A stretch of 24,462 bases of DNA from a virus (taxonomy: Duplodnaviria > Caudoviricetes), in IMG/VR virus record IMGVR_UViG_3300037070_000817, positions 1 to 24,462 of that record, one strand, 5' to 3'. The position numbers were made by a program, and so were the translations under genes. Shown here one piece after another: positions 9,276-18,228 of the stretch (positions are counted from its first letter, which is position 1; every line of letters begins with the position of its first letter). Under the pieces are notes generated by a model, which was not told the DNA's origin, did not search any database, and saw only the letters and a program-made list of their open reading frames with translations.

Positions 9276-9728
9276 TCACTTGAAGAGCAGGGCGAGGGCC
9301 GGGAGCGCCAGGATGGCGTCCCTCGTGGTGTTGGAGAGTGCGATCTGCGCGCCCGCCGCGTCGTGTTCGATGCACCACGACTGCTTGGCAGTGGCCTCGT
9401 AGGCCACGGCGATCTCGACGTCACGCTCCGTCAACTGCCACGGCAGGAAGGTGTCGTTGATGCCGACGATGTTGGCAGCGGTCTGACGGCCATCCGCCAC
9501 CGACGCCTGGAAGACGCCGACCTTGCCGGAGTTGACGCCCGACGTCGCCTTGGCCATGATCACGCCAGGCTGAAGCACCTTCGTGGCGACGGAATCGACC
9601 GTCATGTTGTTGGGCACCAGGCCCGCGCCGCAGGTGTACGACGTGAGCTTGACGTCGTAGACCGAGAACCGCCAGACGTTCTTCCCGAACGGAGTCCGAG
9701 TGGCGTCGGCCTTGATGAATGTCGACAT
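9276..9728 (-). CDS. Head decoration protein (lambda gpD-like), 150 aa
   Basis: VLQPGVIMAKATSG...KVGVFQAS..DGRQTAANIVGI pattern. Located between scaffold and capsid. Confidence 0.8.
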   Translation of the reverse strand: MSTFIKADATRTPFGKNVWRFSVYDVKLTSYTCGAGLVPNNMTVDSVATKVLQPGVIMAKATSGVNSGKVGVFQASVADGRQTAANIVGINDTFLPWQLTERDVEIAVAYEATAKQSWCIEHDAAGAQIALSNTTRDAILALPALALLFK

Positions 9729-9743
9729 GGTTCGTCGTCTCCC

Positions 9744-10391
9744 TTACTTCTGCGCCCGAAGCTCGGTGAGCCTACGGAACGCCGCGGTCTTCTCGATGAA
9801 GGTTTCGTCCTTGCCGGTCCGGCGAAGGTTGGCGACGATCTCCTCCTGCTGCTCGATCTCGCTGAGCACGTTGGGATCGGCGTTGGGGTCGGTGGAGCCG
9901 TTGGTGTCATGGCGAGCGAAGATCGACGCAGGACCGGCTTCGTCGTAGGTCTTCTTGAAGGCAGCGAACTGCGCCTCATCGAACGAATCCACGAGCGGCT
10001 TGAGGTCAGTCACCTGTGGGTTCGTCATGATCTTGCGATCGGTGAGGCTCTTCATGAACGCCGCACGCTCGGCCGTGATCGAATCCGAACGGAACTTCTC
10101 CAGTGCGGAGATGTGATCCTGCACTCGGCCGAAGTCCTGCACCTCCTGGCCGAACAGGCGGAAGGTGTGAACCTGGCCAGCGGGCCGCTGGTGCTGAGCC
10201 GTACCGGCCGGATCTGCCGGGGGATCAGTAGCAGGCGGGTCAGCGGCCGGGGGATCGGCCGCAGGCGGGTCGGTCGCCGGGGGATCGGCCGCAGGCGGGT
10301 CCGTCGAAGGCGGAGTCGTCACCGGAGGATCGGTCGTCGGGGCATCCGTCGCAGCCGGGGGGGTCTGCGTGCTTGTGGCATTTCCACTCAT
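9744..10391 (-). CDS. Nested in-frame scaffold protein (internal start), 215 aa
   Basis: GAAGGAGA-N6-ATG at 10391, in frame, right after the protease domain. Analogous to lambda C/Nu3 and Mu I/Z. Confidence 0.7.
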   Translation of the reverse strand: MSGNATSTQTPPAATDAPTTDPPVTTPPSTDPPAADPPATDPPAADPPAADPPATDPPADPAGTAQHQRPAGQVHTFRLFGQEVQDFGRVQDHISALEKFRSDSITAERAAFMKSLTDRKIMTNPQVTDLKPLVDSFDEAQFAAFKKTYDEAGPASIFARHDTNGSTDPNADPNVLSEIEQQEEIVANLRRTGKDETFIEKTAAFRRLTELRAQK

Positions 10392-10901
10392 GTTGGGTTC
10401 TCCTTCGGAGAGGCGATATAGACCTTCGACCGCTGGCAGATCAACGAACGCAAGGCCGACAGCGACAGGATCGTAGCTTTGACCCTCGTTTGTCACGTAT
10501 TCCCCTATTTCGATCGAGCGGTTCCTCAAGTGACCCGTTCGATAATCCTCCGCCGACTTGGCGGTGGTGAACTCGACATCGGCCACCAGGAAGGGAGCTT
10601 CGAATCGAACATCCAGGAAGTACCCGATGACATCCCGCATCGAGATCGAGTGATCGATCTTGACTGGGACATTCGGAAGGACGTTGGAAGAGCGCAAGTG
10701 GCGGAAGTTCTGCGCCGCCGCCTCCAGGCTCTCGGGGGTGTACGTCCGTACCCTGCCCTTGGAATCAGTGAAGGTTCCGACACGCAAGATCTTGATTCCA
10801 CGCTCGATGAGCCCTGCGCTGGTGGGAACGATGGTGTCCAACTGGGTGTCAGCCAAGGCGAAAACCGCCGAGGACCGCAATCCACTTGAGTACACGTGCA
10901 T
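9744..10901 (-). CDS. Capsid maturation protease fused to scaffold (Mu gpI-like), ~385 aa
   Basis: ILRVGTF, VPVKIDH, RNRSIE and LAFVDLPAVEGL fit the Mu-I/herpes-type protease His/Ser motifs. Start set at ATG 10901 (7 nt after a TAGTCT box) rather than 10925. Confidence 0.85.
   Translation of the reverse strand: MHVYSSGLRSSAVFALADTQLDTIVPTSAGLIERGIKILRVGTFTDSKGRVRTYTPESLEAAAQNFRHLRSSNVLPNVPVKIDHSISMRDVIGYFLDVRFEAPFLVADVEFTTAKSAEDYRTGHLRNRSIEIGEYVTNEGQSYDPVAVGLAFVDLPAVEGLYRLSEGEPNMSGNATSTQTPPAATDAPTTDPPVTTPPSTDPPAADPPATDPPAADPPAADPPATDPPADPAGTAQHQRPAGQVHTFRLFGQEVQDFGRVQDHISALEKFRSDSITAERAAFMKSLTDRKIMTNPQVTDLKPLVDSFDEAQFAAFKKTYDEAGPASIFARHDTNGSTDPNADPNVLSEIEQQEEIVANLRRTGKDETFIEKTAAFRRLTELRAQK
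10205..10352 (-). repeat. Coding tandem repeat (15/30-bp period) encoding DPPAA/DPPAT
   Basis: GCCGGGGGATC recurs at 10216, 10246 and 10276. Protein: STDPPAADPPATDPPAADPPAADPPATDPPADP. Confidence 0.9.
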
Positions 10902-10917
10902 GGCCGAGAGACTACAC
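10902..10917 (-). promoter_or_regulatory. Putative late leaderless promoter -10 box TAGTCT
   Basis: GTG-TAGTCT-ctcggcc-ATG with no SD. The same motif precedes the gene starting at 15923. Confidence 0.5.
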
Positions 10918-10946
10918 GGACCCAAGCCAGAAAGTTCCAGTATTGG

Positions 10947-11174
10947 TCAGACGTCGTGGGTCATCTCAAGTACCTGCGCGATGCGAACTCGCATCCAGCG
11001 CCCGCACTCACGGCAGCAAATACGGATCGTCCCTGACTCGACAATCAAGTCCACACGGCCGCGGACATTTCGGACCCAGATGAAGGGCTTGCCGTCACTT
11101 ATCCCGCCACGAGCCAGGAGAGGCTTCCGGGAGCACACACATTCGATCCTCTGAGGGGCATCTTGTTCATCCAC
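10947..11174 (-). CDS. Small zinc-ribbon protein, Mu Com-like, 75 aa
   Basis: GTG 11174 with AAGGA RBS, overlapping the portal stop. IECVCSRKPLLARG ... IRICCRECGR resembles the Com-family pattern C..C.KLL...IEI.C..C. Confidence 0.6.
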   Translation of the reverse strand: MDEQDAPQRIECVCSRKPLLARGGISDGKPFIWVRNVRGRVDLIVESGTIRICCRECGRWMRVRIAQVLEMTHDV

Positions 11175-12633
11175 TAACGGTCCTTGGTCGGTCGTCATTG
11201 ACGAGGTTGGGCTTGTCGGCCGTGCGATCGGTGCGCTCGGTCCGCTGGCGATCATCGACGGCCGCAGTCGGAGCCAAGACCTGCTGGACTTGCTTGAGTG
11301 TCATGCCAAGAGCGACCCCCATCTCCTCCAGGTCTGGCTTGACGGTCCCACCACGGATCAACTCCACGACGATCGCACGAAGCGTCTCGGAATTGTCCTT
11401 GCCCATCGATCGAGGCTCCCACTCCACTCGCGGAGCATTCGGGCTGAAGTTGTAAGCCTTGATCCGCTGGCAAAGGTACTGGTCGATGTAGACCTTCAGG
11501 TCCGCTGCCATGCTGTTGAGCGCCGTGAGCCAGGTCTGCGTGTGCTGCACGCCAAGGTTCAGGCTGCCCCGGTCGCCGGAGCGCATCAGGAGCATGGGAG
11601 TGAAGATCGAAAGACTGATCTCTTCGTCCAAGCGGGCCAGGTAGCGCTCAAAGTCAGCGCCACGCATCTGGGCCTCAAGGTACTCGATGTCCCACTCGTA
11701 CTCGGACCGGTTGCCCGTCGCCGTCTCGTCGCGATCAGAGGGCAGAACGACCTTGCCGCCGCTACGCACGGAGTCGATAGCGGCCTCCATCGCCATCTTG
11801 GCGCTGATCTTGATGAGGTTCCCATCCTCCATGAAGGTGTACTCACGCTCCAGGGGGGCACGGCCCACGGGGACCGGCTCACCAAACCGTTCGAAGTACC
11901 TGTTGGCGAACAGGTGGATGATGATGGAGAAGTACCACGGCATGAAGGCGGGCTTGAGGAGATTGCGACCATAGTAATCGCCACGCTCCATGAGGCACGG
12001 GTACCAGAGCGTGTGCTCCGGTCGGATCGGGTAGCCAAGGCCGAACTTGTCGATGCCGTCGTAGATCTTGACCTTCGGCTTGATGACCTTGCCGGGAGGC
12101 CCAAGCACGTCCTCTGGTCGAGGCACGTAGTTGGACTCGACCTCCTTCCAATGGACACGGCAGTCTTCCGGAGCAAGATCCTTGATCTTGTCGATGAACA
12201 GCCAGCGCCCCGAAGATTCGTTATCCCACTCCAGCGCGATCGGGCTGTACCCGGCCCAGTACGCCGTGCCCAACCCCCGCACCAGCGGAGTCCAGATCAA
12301 GTGCATGTTCTCCTCCACCACGTCAGCGATGTCCTGGCGTTCGCACGTGATCTTCCAGTCAATCTGGTGGAGCATGAAGGACATCAACGACAGCGAAGCG
12401 TTGATCTGCGGGTGGCTTCGCATGTTGGAGTAATCGGCCAGAGTCAGCTTGTCCAGGTCGAACATGAGCGCCTGCGAGCCGGGGATTCCGCTGTACTGGG
12501 AGAACTGGCTCTTCTGGTCGAACGCCGTACCGAGTCGCGGCGGGTCGGCCTTACGGAAAGAGAACACAGGTCCTGGCTTTCCGTGGCCGTTGGTACCAGG
12601 GAGCGGCAACTGCATCTGTTCTGTATCAGGCAT
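11167..12633 (-). CDS. Portal protein (Mu gp29/DUF935-like), 488 aa
   Basis: HPQINASL, AYWAGYSPIALEW, YGRNLLKPAFMPW, YFERFGEPVPVG and GSLNLGVQH. Directly after the large terminase. Confidence 0.92.
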   Translation of the reverse strand: MPDTEQMQLPLPGTNGHGKPGPVFSFRKADPPRLGTAFDQKSQFSQYSGIPGSQALMFDLDKLTLADYSNMRSHPQINASLSLMSFMLHQIDWKITCERQDIADVVEENMHLIWTPLVRGLGTAYWAGYSPIALEWDNESSGRWLFIDKIKDLAPEDCRVHWKEVESNYVPRPEDVLGPPGKVIKPKVKIYDGIDKFGLGYPIRPEHTLWYPCLMERGDYYGRNLLKPAFMPWYFSIIIHLFANRYFERFGEPVPVGRAPLEREYTFMEDGNLIKISAKMAMEAAIDSVRSGGKVVLPSDRDETATGNRSEYEWDIEYLEAQMRGADFERYLARLDEEISLSIFTPMLLMRSGDRGSLNLGVQHTQTWLTALNSMAADLKVYIDQYLCQRIKAYNFSPNAPRVEWEPRSMGKDNSETLRAIVVELIRGGTVKPDLEEMGVALGMTLKQVQQVLAPTAAVDDRQRTERTDRTADKPNLVNDDRPRTVSG

Positions 12634-12636
12634 CTG

Positions 12637-14484
12637 TTACTTCCTGGTGGGTGGTCGCCATGTGATTGGCTGAAGTGGCATCGAAGGGTTCTGCGCCTTG
12701 AATCCGGTGTTGACCGCGGGGTGGGCGGGCCAGTTGGAGGACGTTTGGCCTCCAGTTGTACCACTCGACGTGTTGGACCCGCCCGACATGCCGGAGATCA
12801 CCATGGACCGGTTGTGGAAACTTGTCCCACCCATGAGCGTCGTCGTCACACCCGCCACAGCATCGGCTACGTCCTTTGATCCGTCAGGTGGGTGATCGAT
12901 CTTGGGGCCGATGTCTTGAAGGTTACTGATCTCTCGATACAGGATGTCAATGGGGGTCGGATCGCCCGCATTCAACGGCACGAGGTACGGGGGAATCGCC
13001 AGACGCTCTTCGTACATGGCGTCATGAAGATCCTGATAGCCCAACTTGGATCGGTCCATGGACACGATGTCCGTGGCAATCCGTCGCTTCTTCAACTGCT
13101 GCCGGAAATCGGTGGACTCGAAACCATCTGTCGTCGCCTTCGTGATCCGGAAGTGGCGATCATCTCGCAACTTGTAGATGATCCGGCGAATGTCGCCAAG
13201 AATGATCTCCTGACCGGCCGGAGCCTTGATCCACATGACCAGATCGATGCAGATGTACGGCTTCCACTCACCATCGACTTCCACCATCTCAGGTACGTGC
13301 CCCATGGCTAGTCCCAGCCCGTCGCCCTCGTCAGCGAAGGCAATGTCGATGTGAACTGCACGCTTGAGGCCATCGGTAGCAACGAACCAATCAGCAATAC
13401 TGTTCAAGTGATCCACGGGACCATCGTTGCGGTTGTAGCGGATGCACCAAGCGTCGCGAGCCAACTCCAACTTCGACGGATCATGGAAGAACGGAGACTC
13501 GATCGACGGGGGCCGACCGGCGAGATCCCGCAAAGCCTTGTGTGGCGAGATCATGAAGTTCTTGCGGTACTCGTTGGGGACCTCGATGATGTGATCGGGG
13601 AACCCCTTGAACTCAGTCAACTCACGGGTGGTGAACTCAAAGCGCTGCGAGTCGTACCAGAACGAATCACGCTCGCCCGTCATCCGATTCGTAAACTTCG
13701 ACCAGCCCAGTGATTCCCAGATCGTGATGCGCGAGACGTAACAGGTCGGGTCCTTGGACATCCTGAGCATCGTCTTGGCGACAAACCCACTCGGGTGCTT
13801 CATCTGACCGATGACGATGAGGAAGCCCCGATGTCCGAACCGGGAAGTCATACGGCCATAGATGGTCGAGTGGCCCTGCTCGGCGTAGTCCTTGTTCTTG
13901 GTGACCCGGTGCGAGTCGGCCTCGTCAAGCACGCCCCCGATGATGTTGTAACCCTCAAAGGTCGTCTCAGCGGAGTCGCCAGGGATGATCCAGATGTCCT
14001 TGGGGAAGTGGAACTGGCTCTTGAACTTCGGATCAGGAAGGTAGTTCCGCTGGAACCACGGCGAGTGCATGATCCGGGCCGAGATGTCACCGAAGACCAC
14101 TTCCTTGGCTTGGTCTTCCGAAGTCGACATCTGCATCAGGGCGATCCTCGATCCCGGCATGAGATCGAAGTAACCCTGGGGGTCCCGCAGGCAGAGGAGC
14201 CAGTGCGTCATGTACGTGACAACGATGGAGGCAATCGTCGTCTTGCCAACACCGATAGCCCCGGTGAACAGAGCCTCGGTGTACTTGGCGATTCGATCGG
14301 GGTTCGACTCCACGCCGAACATCTCCACCAAGATCTTGAGAAGGGCGGGCCTCGTGAACTGGAGGATGTCCAAGTAGTCAGGGCCAAGGAACTCGACTAT
14401 CGAGGCAGGGCGCTGCTCGAACTCGGGGTGATCCCGAAGCCAAAGGAACTCAGCGCCGAGGACCGCTGGAGCGTGCGACATCAC
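12637..14484 (-). CDS. terL: Terminase large subunit, 615 aa
   Basis: Walker A GAIGVGKT, Walker B GGVLDEAD, and RNase H-like nuclease motifs HIDIA and KIDHPPDGSKDVADA. Confidence 0.95.
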   Translation of the reverse strand: MMSHAPAVLGAEFLWLRDHPEFEQRPASIVEFLGPDYLDILQFTRPALLKILVEMFGVESNPDRIAKYTEALFTGAIGVGKTTIASIVVTYMTHWLLCLRDPQGYFDLMPGSRIALMQMSTSEDQAKEVVFGDISARIMHSPWFQRNYLPDPKFKSQFHFPKDIWIIPGDSAETTFEGYNIIGGVLDEADSHRVTKNKDYAEQGHSTIYGRMTSRFGHRGFLIVIGQMKHPSGFVAKTMLRMSKDPTCYVSRITIWESLGWSKFTNRMTGERDSFWYDSQRFEFTTRELTEFKGFPDHIIEVPNEYRKNFMISPHKALRDLAGRPPSIESPFFHDPSKLELARDAWCIRYNRNDGPVDHLNSIADWFVATDGLKRAVHIDIAFADEGDGLGLAMGHVPEMVEVDGEWKPYICIDLVMWIKAPAGQEIILGDIRRIIYKLRDDRHFRITKATTDGFESTDFRQQLKKRRIATDIVSMDRSKLGYQDLHDAMYEERLAIPPYLVPLNAGDPTPIDILYREISNLQDIGPKIDHPPDGSKDVADAVAGVTTTLMGGTSFHNRSMVISGMSGGSNTSSGTTGGQTSSNWPAHPAVNTGFKAQNPSMPLQPITWRPPTRK

Positions 14485-15923
14485 GCCTCGATCGAATCGA
14501 CATCCAGGATGTCACGACTTCCCATCCGGCCGATGATCGTCTCGACATCGTTGACCGTCGCGTCTTCGATCTTGATGCCTTCCTTCTCCAACTCGCCCAC
14601 TACCTTGGCCATCAACTCTTGGGGAGTCGCGTTGGCGACCGCCAACTGGGCCGGTACGCCATTGACAATGTTGATCTTGGCCCCATTGCTCATCTGGTAC
14701 GCCAGGGCCGGGTCCACGAGACGGGCAAGCTGAATGCCACGAGTGAAGAGCGACTCCATTAGCTTGGAGACGTTCGGATCGAGCTTCTCCGCGCTCTTCT
14801 CCTTCTGCATGGCGCTCTCCACGCGCTCGGCGTCTGCCGCCATGATGGAACCAAGCGCGTCGATGATGTCGGTCGAGCGCCGCGTCTTGAACTTGGCGGC
14901 GAGGCCGGTTGCTTCAGATCCGGTCACTATGCACACTGCTCCTGGTCGTGAATATGGGCAGGACGCTACCAGGGAGCAAGTGTCGCACAACCACCTATCC
15001 CGCGGAAGGACCGGCAAACCCTTGGAAAGTTTGTAGACCGGCTCCTCCAGCGGCTCCCAGTCAACGTCGCTCGGTTCGGTATCTACCGTCTCCCCGCCCG
15101 ACCCCTCACCACGGCCTGGCTTCCAAGCGTTGTCATAGTTCATGAACAGCCAGCGGATCGAGCGCAGACTGAACTTGAACGCCTCACGGGACAACTTGTG
15201 CCTATCGCTGATCGAGAGCACCTCCTCGATGTCCATGCCGATCATGCGCGCCCAGTCCTTGATCCCCTTAGTCAACTCCTGTCCCGGTCGGTACTCGTGG
15301 CCATTGGGGAGCACCAGGGCGGGCAGCCCGTCGATCCAGCGGGTCCGGATCGGGTGATCGAAGGCATCCACACCAATGCCCATTGTTCGCCGGAGGCTCT
15401 TGCCCGCATGGAAGTGGAAGATCCAGTCAGGATGTCGCGACTTAACCGTGCCGACAGTCTTCATCGCCGCATTCCAGTCGATGTCGGTCGACGGAGATCC
15501 CGTGATGAAGATGCGCTTGGATTGATCCTTGACGATGCGGAACTCCTGACCGTCTCCCGCCATCCGTCCCACGAGATCACCGGGCAGGTTGAGCTTGTCG
15601 TCCAGCTTGTCGTACAAGCTGTAACGCATGTCATTGCTGGCGTCCCAGCACCGGTACACGCCGACAGGATGATGGAAGCGCACGCGGGAAGTGAACTCCA
15701 CCGCCATGTTGCTGTCGTACTCGACCAGGATGGCTCGCCAGGCCCGTCCTCGGGAGGCTGCCTCCAACTGCCGCTCGGGGTCGAGCCGCATGTTGCCCTT
15801 GAACTTGTACGTGCGTTCAGAGAAGACGAAGTTCGTGACTCCGTGGTCGAAGGCAATGTCAATCGCCGGTCCAGGGTTCAAGACCCACAGTTCTCGGGTG
15901 CCACTCCAGGGCGTCTCGCTCAT
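14481..15923 (-). CDS. Putative terminase small subunit with N-terminal TGT/DpdA-like barrel and 4-Cys cluster, 480 aa
   Basis: ATGA-coupled to terL. Motif HFHAG-x9-GVDAFD; C-x2-C-x5-C-x8-C at 14931-14987; helical C-terminus ending DILDVDSIEA. The ORF is solid; the function is inferred. Confidence 0.55.
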   Translation of the reverse strand: MSETPWSGTRELWVLNPGPAIDIAFDHGVTNFVFSERTYKFKGNMRLDPERQLEAASRGRAWRAILVEYDSNMAVEFTSRVRFHHPVGVYRCWDASNDMRYSLYDKLDDKLNLPGDLVGRMAGDGQEFRIVKDQSKRIFITGSPSTDIDWNAAMKTVGTVKSRHPDWIFHFHAGKSLRRTMGIGVDAFDHPIRTRWIDGLPALVLPNGHEYRPGQELTKGIKDWARMIGMDIEEVLSISDRHKLSREAFKFSLRSIRWLFMNYDNAWKPGRGEGSGGETVDTEPSDVDWEPLEEPVYKLSKGLPVLPRDRWLCDTCSLVASCPYSRPGAVCIVTGSEATGLAAKFKTRRSTDIIDALGSIMAADAERVESAMQKEKSAEKLDPNVSKLMESLFTRGIQLARLVDPALAYQMSNGAKINIVNGVPAQLAVANATPQELMAKVVGELEKEGIKIEDATVNDVETIIGRMGSRDILDVDSIEA

Positions 15924-15945
15924 GGCGGGAGACTACCGGAGACTA
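15924..15945 (-). promoter_or_regulatory. Putative late leaderless promoter (TAGTCT, duplicated)
   Basis: TAGTCTCCGG-TAGTCT-cccgcc-ATG with no SD. TAGTCTCC occurs twice, 10 bp apart. Confidence 0.5.
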
Positions 15946-18228
15946 TTTCAACCGCAAGGCCTTGTAGAAATCTTCCTGCGGGTACTTCTTGCCATCAGGT
16001 GAGGCCGGGAGTCCAGCGAAGCCCTCCATCGAGACGTAACAAGTCTTGCAGAACTTCCGCTGACCGGTGTCGCGCTCCAGTTGGATCTCAGCCACCTGCC
16101 CACTGGTCCGCTCGGCATCGATGAACTTGGCGCGTTCATCGGCATTGAGCCTGCGATAGAACTTGGCCTTGTAGAGATGACTCTTCTCGGGTAGCTCGTC
16201 GTGGTCCTTGTACCACTGCTCGATCCACGCCACGAACTCACTAACGGCATAGTCGGCCTCGCTCGACGCCACATGCTTCATCAGGTGAGCATAGGCCGGG
16301 ATCAAGTACGTGTCAGCGAACCGCACGGCGCTGGCGTACGTCGGCCGGTCAACCATCGCCTTGCCGTTGTTGAGCGCCAGGGCAAATGCGATCTTGAATA
16401 CGGTGTCCCACAACCGGCCGTAGAGAGGGTGCTCGCGCTGCATCGGGAAGATGCGGTTATGAACCGGCCCAGCCGGATCGTTGCCGTACGCGATCGCATC
16501 GTCCGTCAGCGGAGCTATCCACTTGACTCCGCGACGGCAGCGCTTCCAGACCGCTTCGAACTCGTCGTAGTAGTCGGGGTCCGGCACCTTCGGATTGTCG
16601 TGAAGGGGGAACACCGTCCTGCCTCCGAAGATCGGAACGATCCTGCCCATGAACCCACTATGCAGGTCGCCGTTCGCCACCAGATCGCGCAGCGACCGCT
16701 CCTGCGTCGTGAACGTCGCCATGAGGAAGGAATCGGACACTTCATCGATGCCAGAGCCCTTGGTCTGGTGACGTACTGCAATCTTGGGGTTGATGCCGGA
16801 GTTACGGAAGTCATAGAACGTGATGAGCTTCGACTTGAAGTCCCCACCTGAGCCAGCCCGACGGGTTCGGGAGATGAACTCCGCAAACTCATCCTCGTGG
16901 TACCAGGCCGTCGTCGGAACCTCCAGCTTCATTACCGCATTAGCAGGGTCCTCGATCTCTGTCTTGATCCCATAGACCAGTGCCTCCGGGGAACCCATCT
17001 GAGGGAGAATCTTCAGCCCCTCGCCGTCGTCGCGACGGAATGGGACCACCGATTCGAAGAGATCGGACATGCGTGACACCGTGAAGGACTTGCCGGTGCC
17101 GGACGGGCCGATCAACAGGGTCATCAAGGCTCCGGAGTGGATGACGCCACCGCCGCCCTCGACGTGGACACACTGACCGGCACACGCGCCGAGTGCCTGG
17201 AGCCCCAGCGCCAGGAAGTACTCCACCGGAGCCCAAGGATAGTGCTCGGTATGATACTTCATCCAACGATCCAAGAAGGTGTCCTCCTCGATCGCCAAGA
17301 TCGACCAGTCCATGGGCGGTATCTCGTCAGACTCCTCCTCGGTCTGAAGATCGGACGTGGTGAGCACCAGCCCTCGCTCCATCTGCTCGGTCGAGATCGT
17401 GATTGGCTCACTCGCTTCGGATGAGGGCGGGACGACAGGGATCAACGGCTCATCCGCCAAGGGGTCTACCGGCTCAAAGGTGATCTCCGGAACGGGGGCC
17501 GGTTCTTCCCGTTCCGGACCATCAGGGCGGGACGATGGCCAATCTTGGTCATCTACCTCGACCATGTACTCGCCATCCGGTGTCTGGACGATGGCGATTC
17601 CAAGCTCCTCGGCCATCTCCACAACGATCTTGCGGAAGTCGGACGACCGATGGAACCCTGACGGGTCCAGCCCGTACTTGCGGGCCGCGTAGAAGTCGAT
17701 TACATCCCCACCCGACTCACACTTGCCGCAGTGCCAGAGGTTCTTCTCGCGATTAGCCCAAGCACTCGGATTATTGTCGACGTGGGAATCAAAGGGACAC
17801 CTGAACTTGATCCCCTCGATGCGGTTGGCTCGAAGGGGGTGATTCTCGGGCTTCCCCCACTTGCGAACGGCGACGAGGATGCCGACGCGTGACTTGATCT
17901 CAGGGATGTAGTCCGGACCACGGTTCTCCAACTCCTCGGGCGGTTCAGGCACGTCGGCCAGGAACTCTTCGGGTATCTCGACCGGCGCATGGACGGTCGG
18001 CGCGTGACTGGCAGCCGACTCGTCGGCTCTGTTCTTGTCGATGACCTGACGGTTCAGGCCGACAAGCTGGAACTTTCTTGCCAATCCACCAGGGGCGACC
18101 CGTTCGCGCCGTTCGGTCTTCTCCGACGACTCGTCTGGACCGTAGAGAGCATCCAGCAATTGCTCTATCTCGGCAGGACCGATCATTCCTTGGTCGAAGG
18201 CAGATGAGATATCATCGAACGGAGTCAT
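15943..18228 (-). CDS. CHC2-type zinc finger plus DUF3987-like AAA+ helicase (replication protein), 761 aa
   Basis: Start moved to ATG 18228 (ATGA overlap with the HNH stop). [15 protein letters not shown]...[16 protein letters not shown] (DnaG-type ZBD), Walker A GPSGTGKS, Walker B YHEDEF, and SGFMGR Arg-finger region. No TOPRIM or AEP domain recognised. Confidence 0.85.
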   Translation of the reverse strand: MTPFDDISSAFDQGMIGPAEIEQLLDALYGPDESSEKTERRERVAPGGLARKFQLVGLNRQVIDKNRADESAASHAPTVHAPVEIPEEFLADVPEPPEELENRGPDYIPEIKSRVGILVAVRKWGKPENHPLRANRIEGIKFRCPFDSHVDNNPSAWANREKNLWHCGKCESGGDVIDFYAARKYGLDPSGFHRSSDFRKIVVEMAEELGIAIVQTPDGEYMVEVDDQDWPSSRPDGPEREEPAPVPEITFEPVDPLADEPLIPVVPPSSEASEPITISTEQMERGLVLTTSDLQTEEESDEIPPMDWSILAIEEDTFLDRWMKYHTEHYPWAPVEYFLALGLQALGACAGQCVHVEGGGGVIHSGALMTLLIGPSGTGKSFTVSRMSDLFESVVPFRRDDGEGLKILPQMGSPEALVYGIKTEIEDPANAVMKLEVPTTAWYHEDEFAEFISRTRRAGSGGDFKSKLITFYDFRNSGINPKIAVRHQTKGSGIDEVSDSFLMATFTTQERSLRDLVANGDLHSGFMGRIVPIFGGRTVFPLHDNPKVPDPDYYDEFEAVWKRCRRGVKWIAPLTDDAIAYGNDPAGPVHNRIFPMQREHPLYGRLWDTVFKIAFALALNNGKAMVDRPTYASAVRFADTYLIPAYAHLMKHVASSEADYAVSEFVAWIEQWYKDHDELPEKSHLYKAKFYRRLNADERAKFIDAERTSGQVAEIQLERDTGQRKFCKTCYVSMEGFAGLPASPDGKKYPQEDFYKALRLK

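Noticed and set aside
8088-10421. 777-aa plus-strand ORF
   Set aside because: Antisense to scaffold, decoration and capsid genes; its GRRGI repeats just mirror the DPPA repeat.
11290-12879. 529-aa plus-strand ORF
   Set aside because: Shadow of the portal gene.
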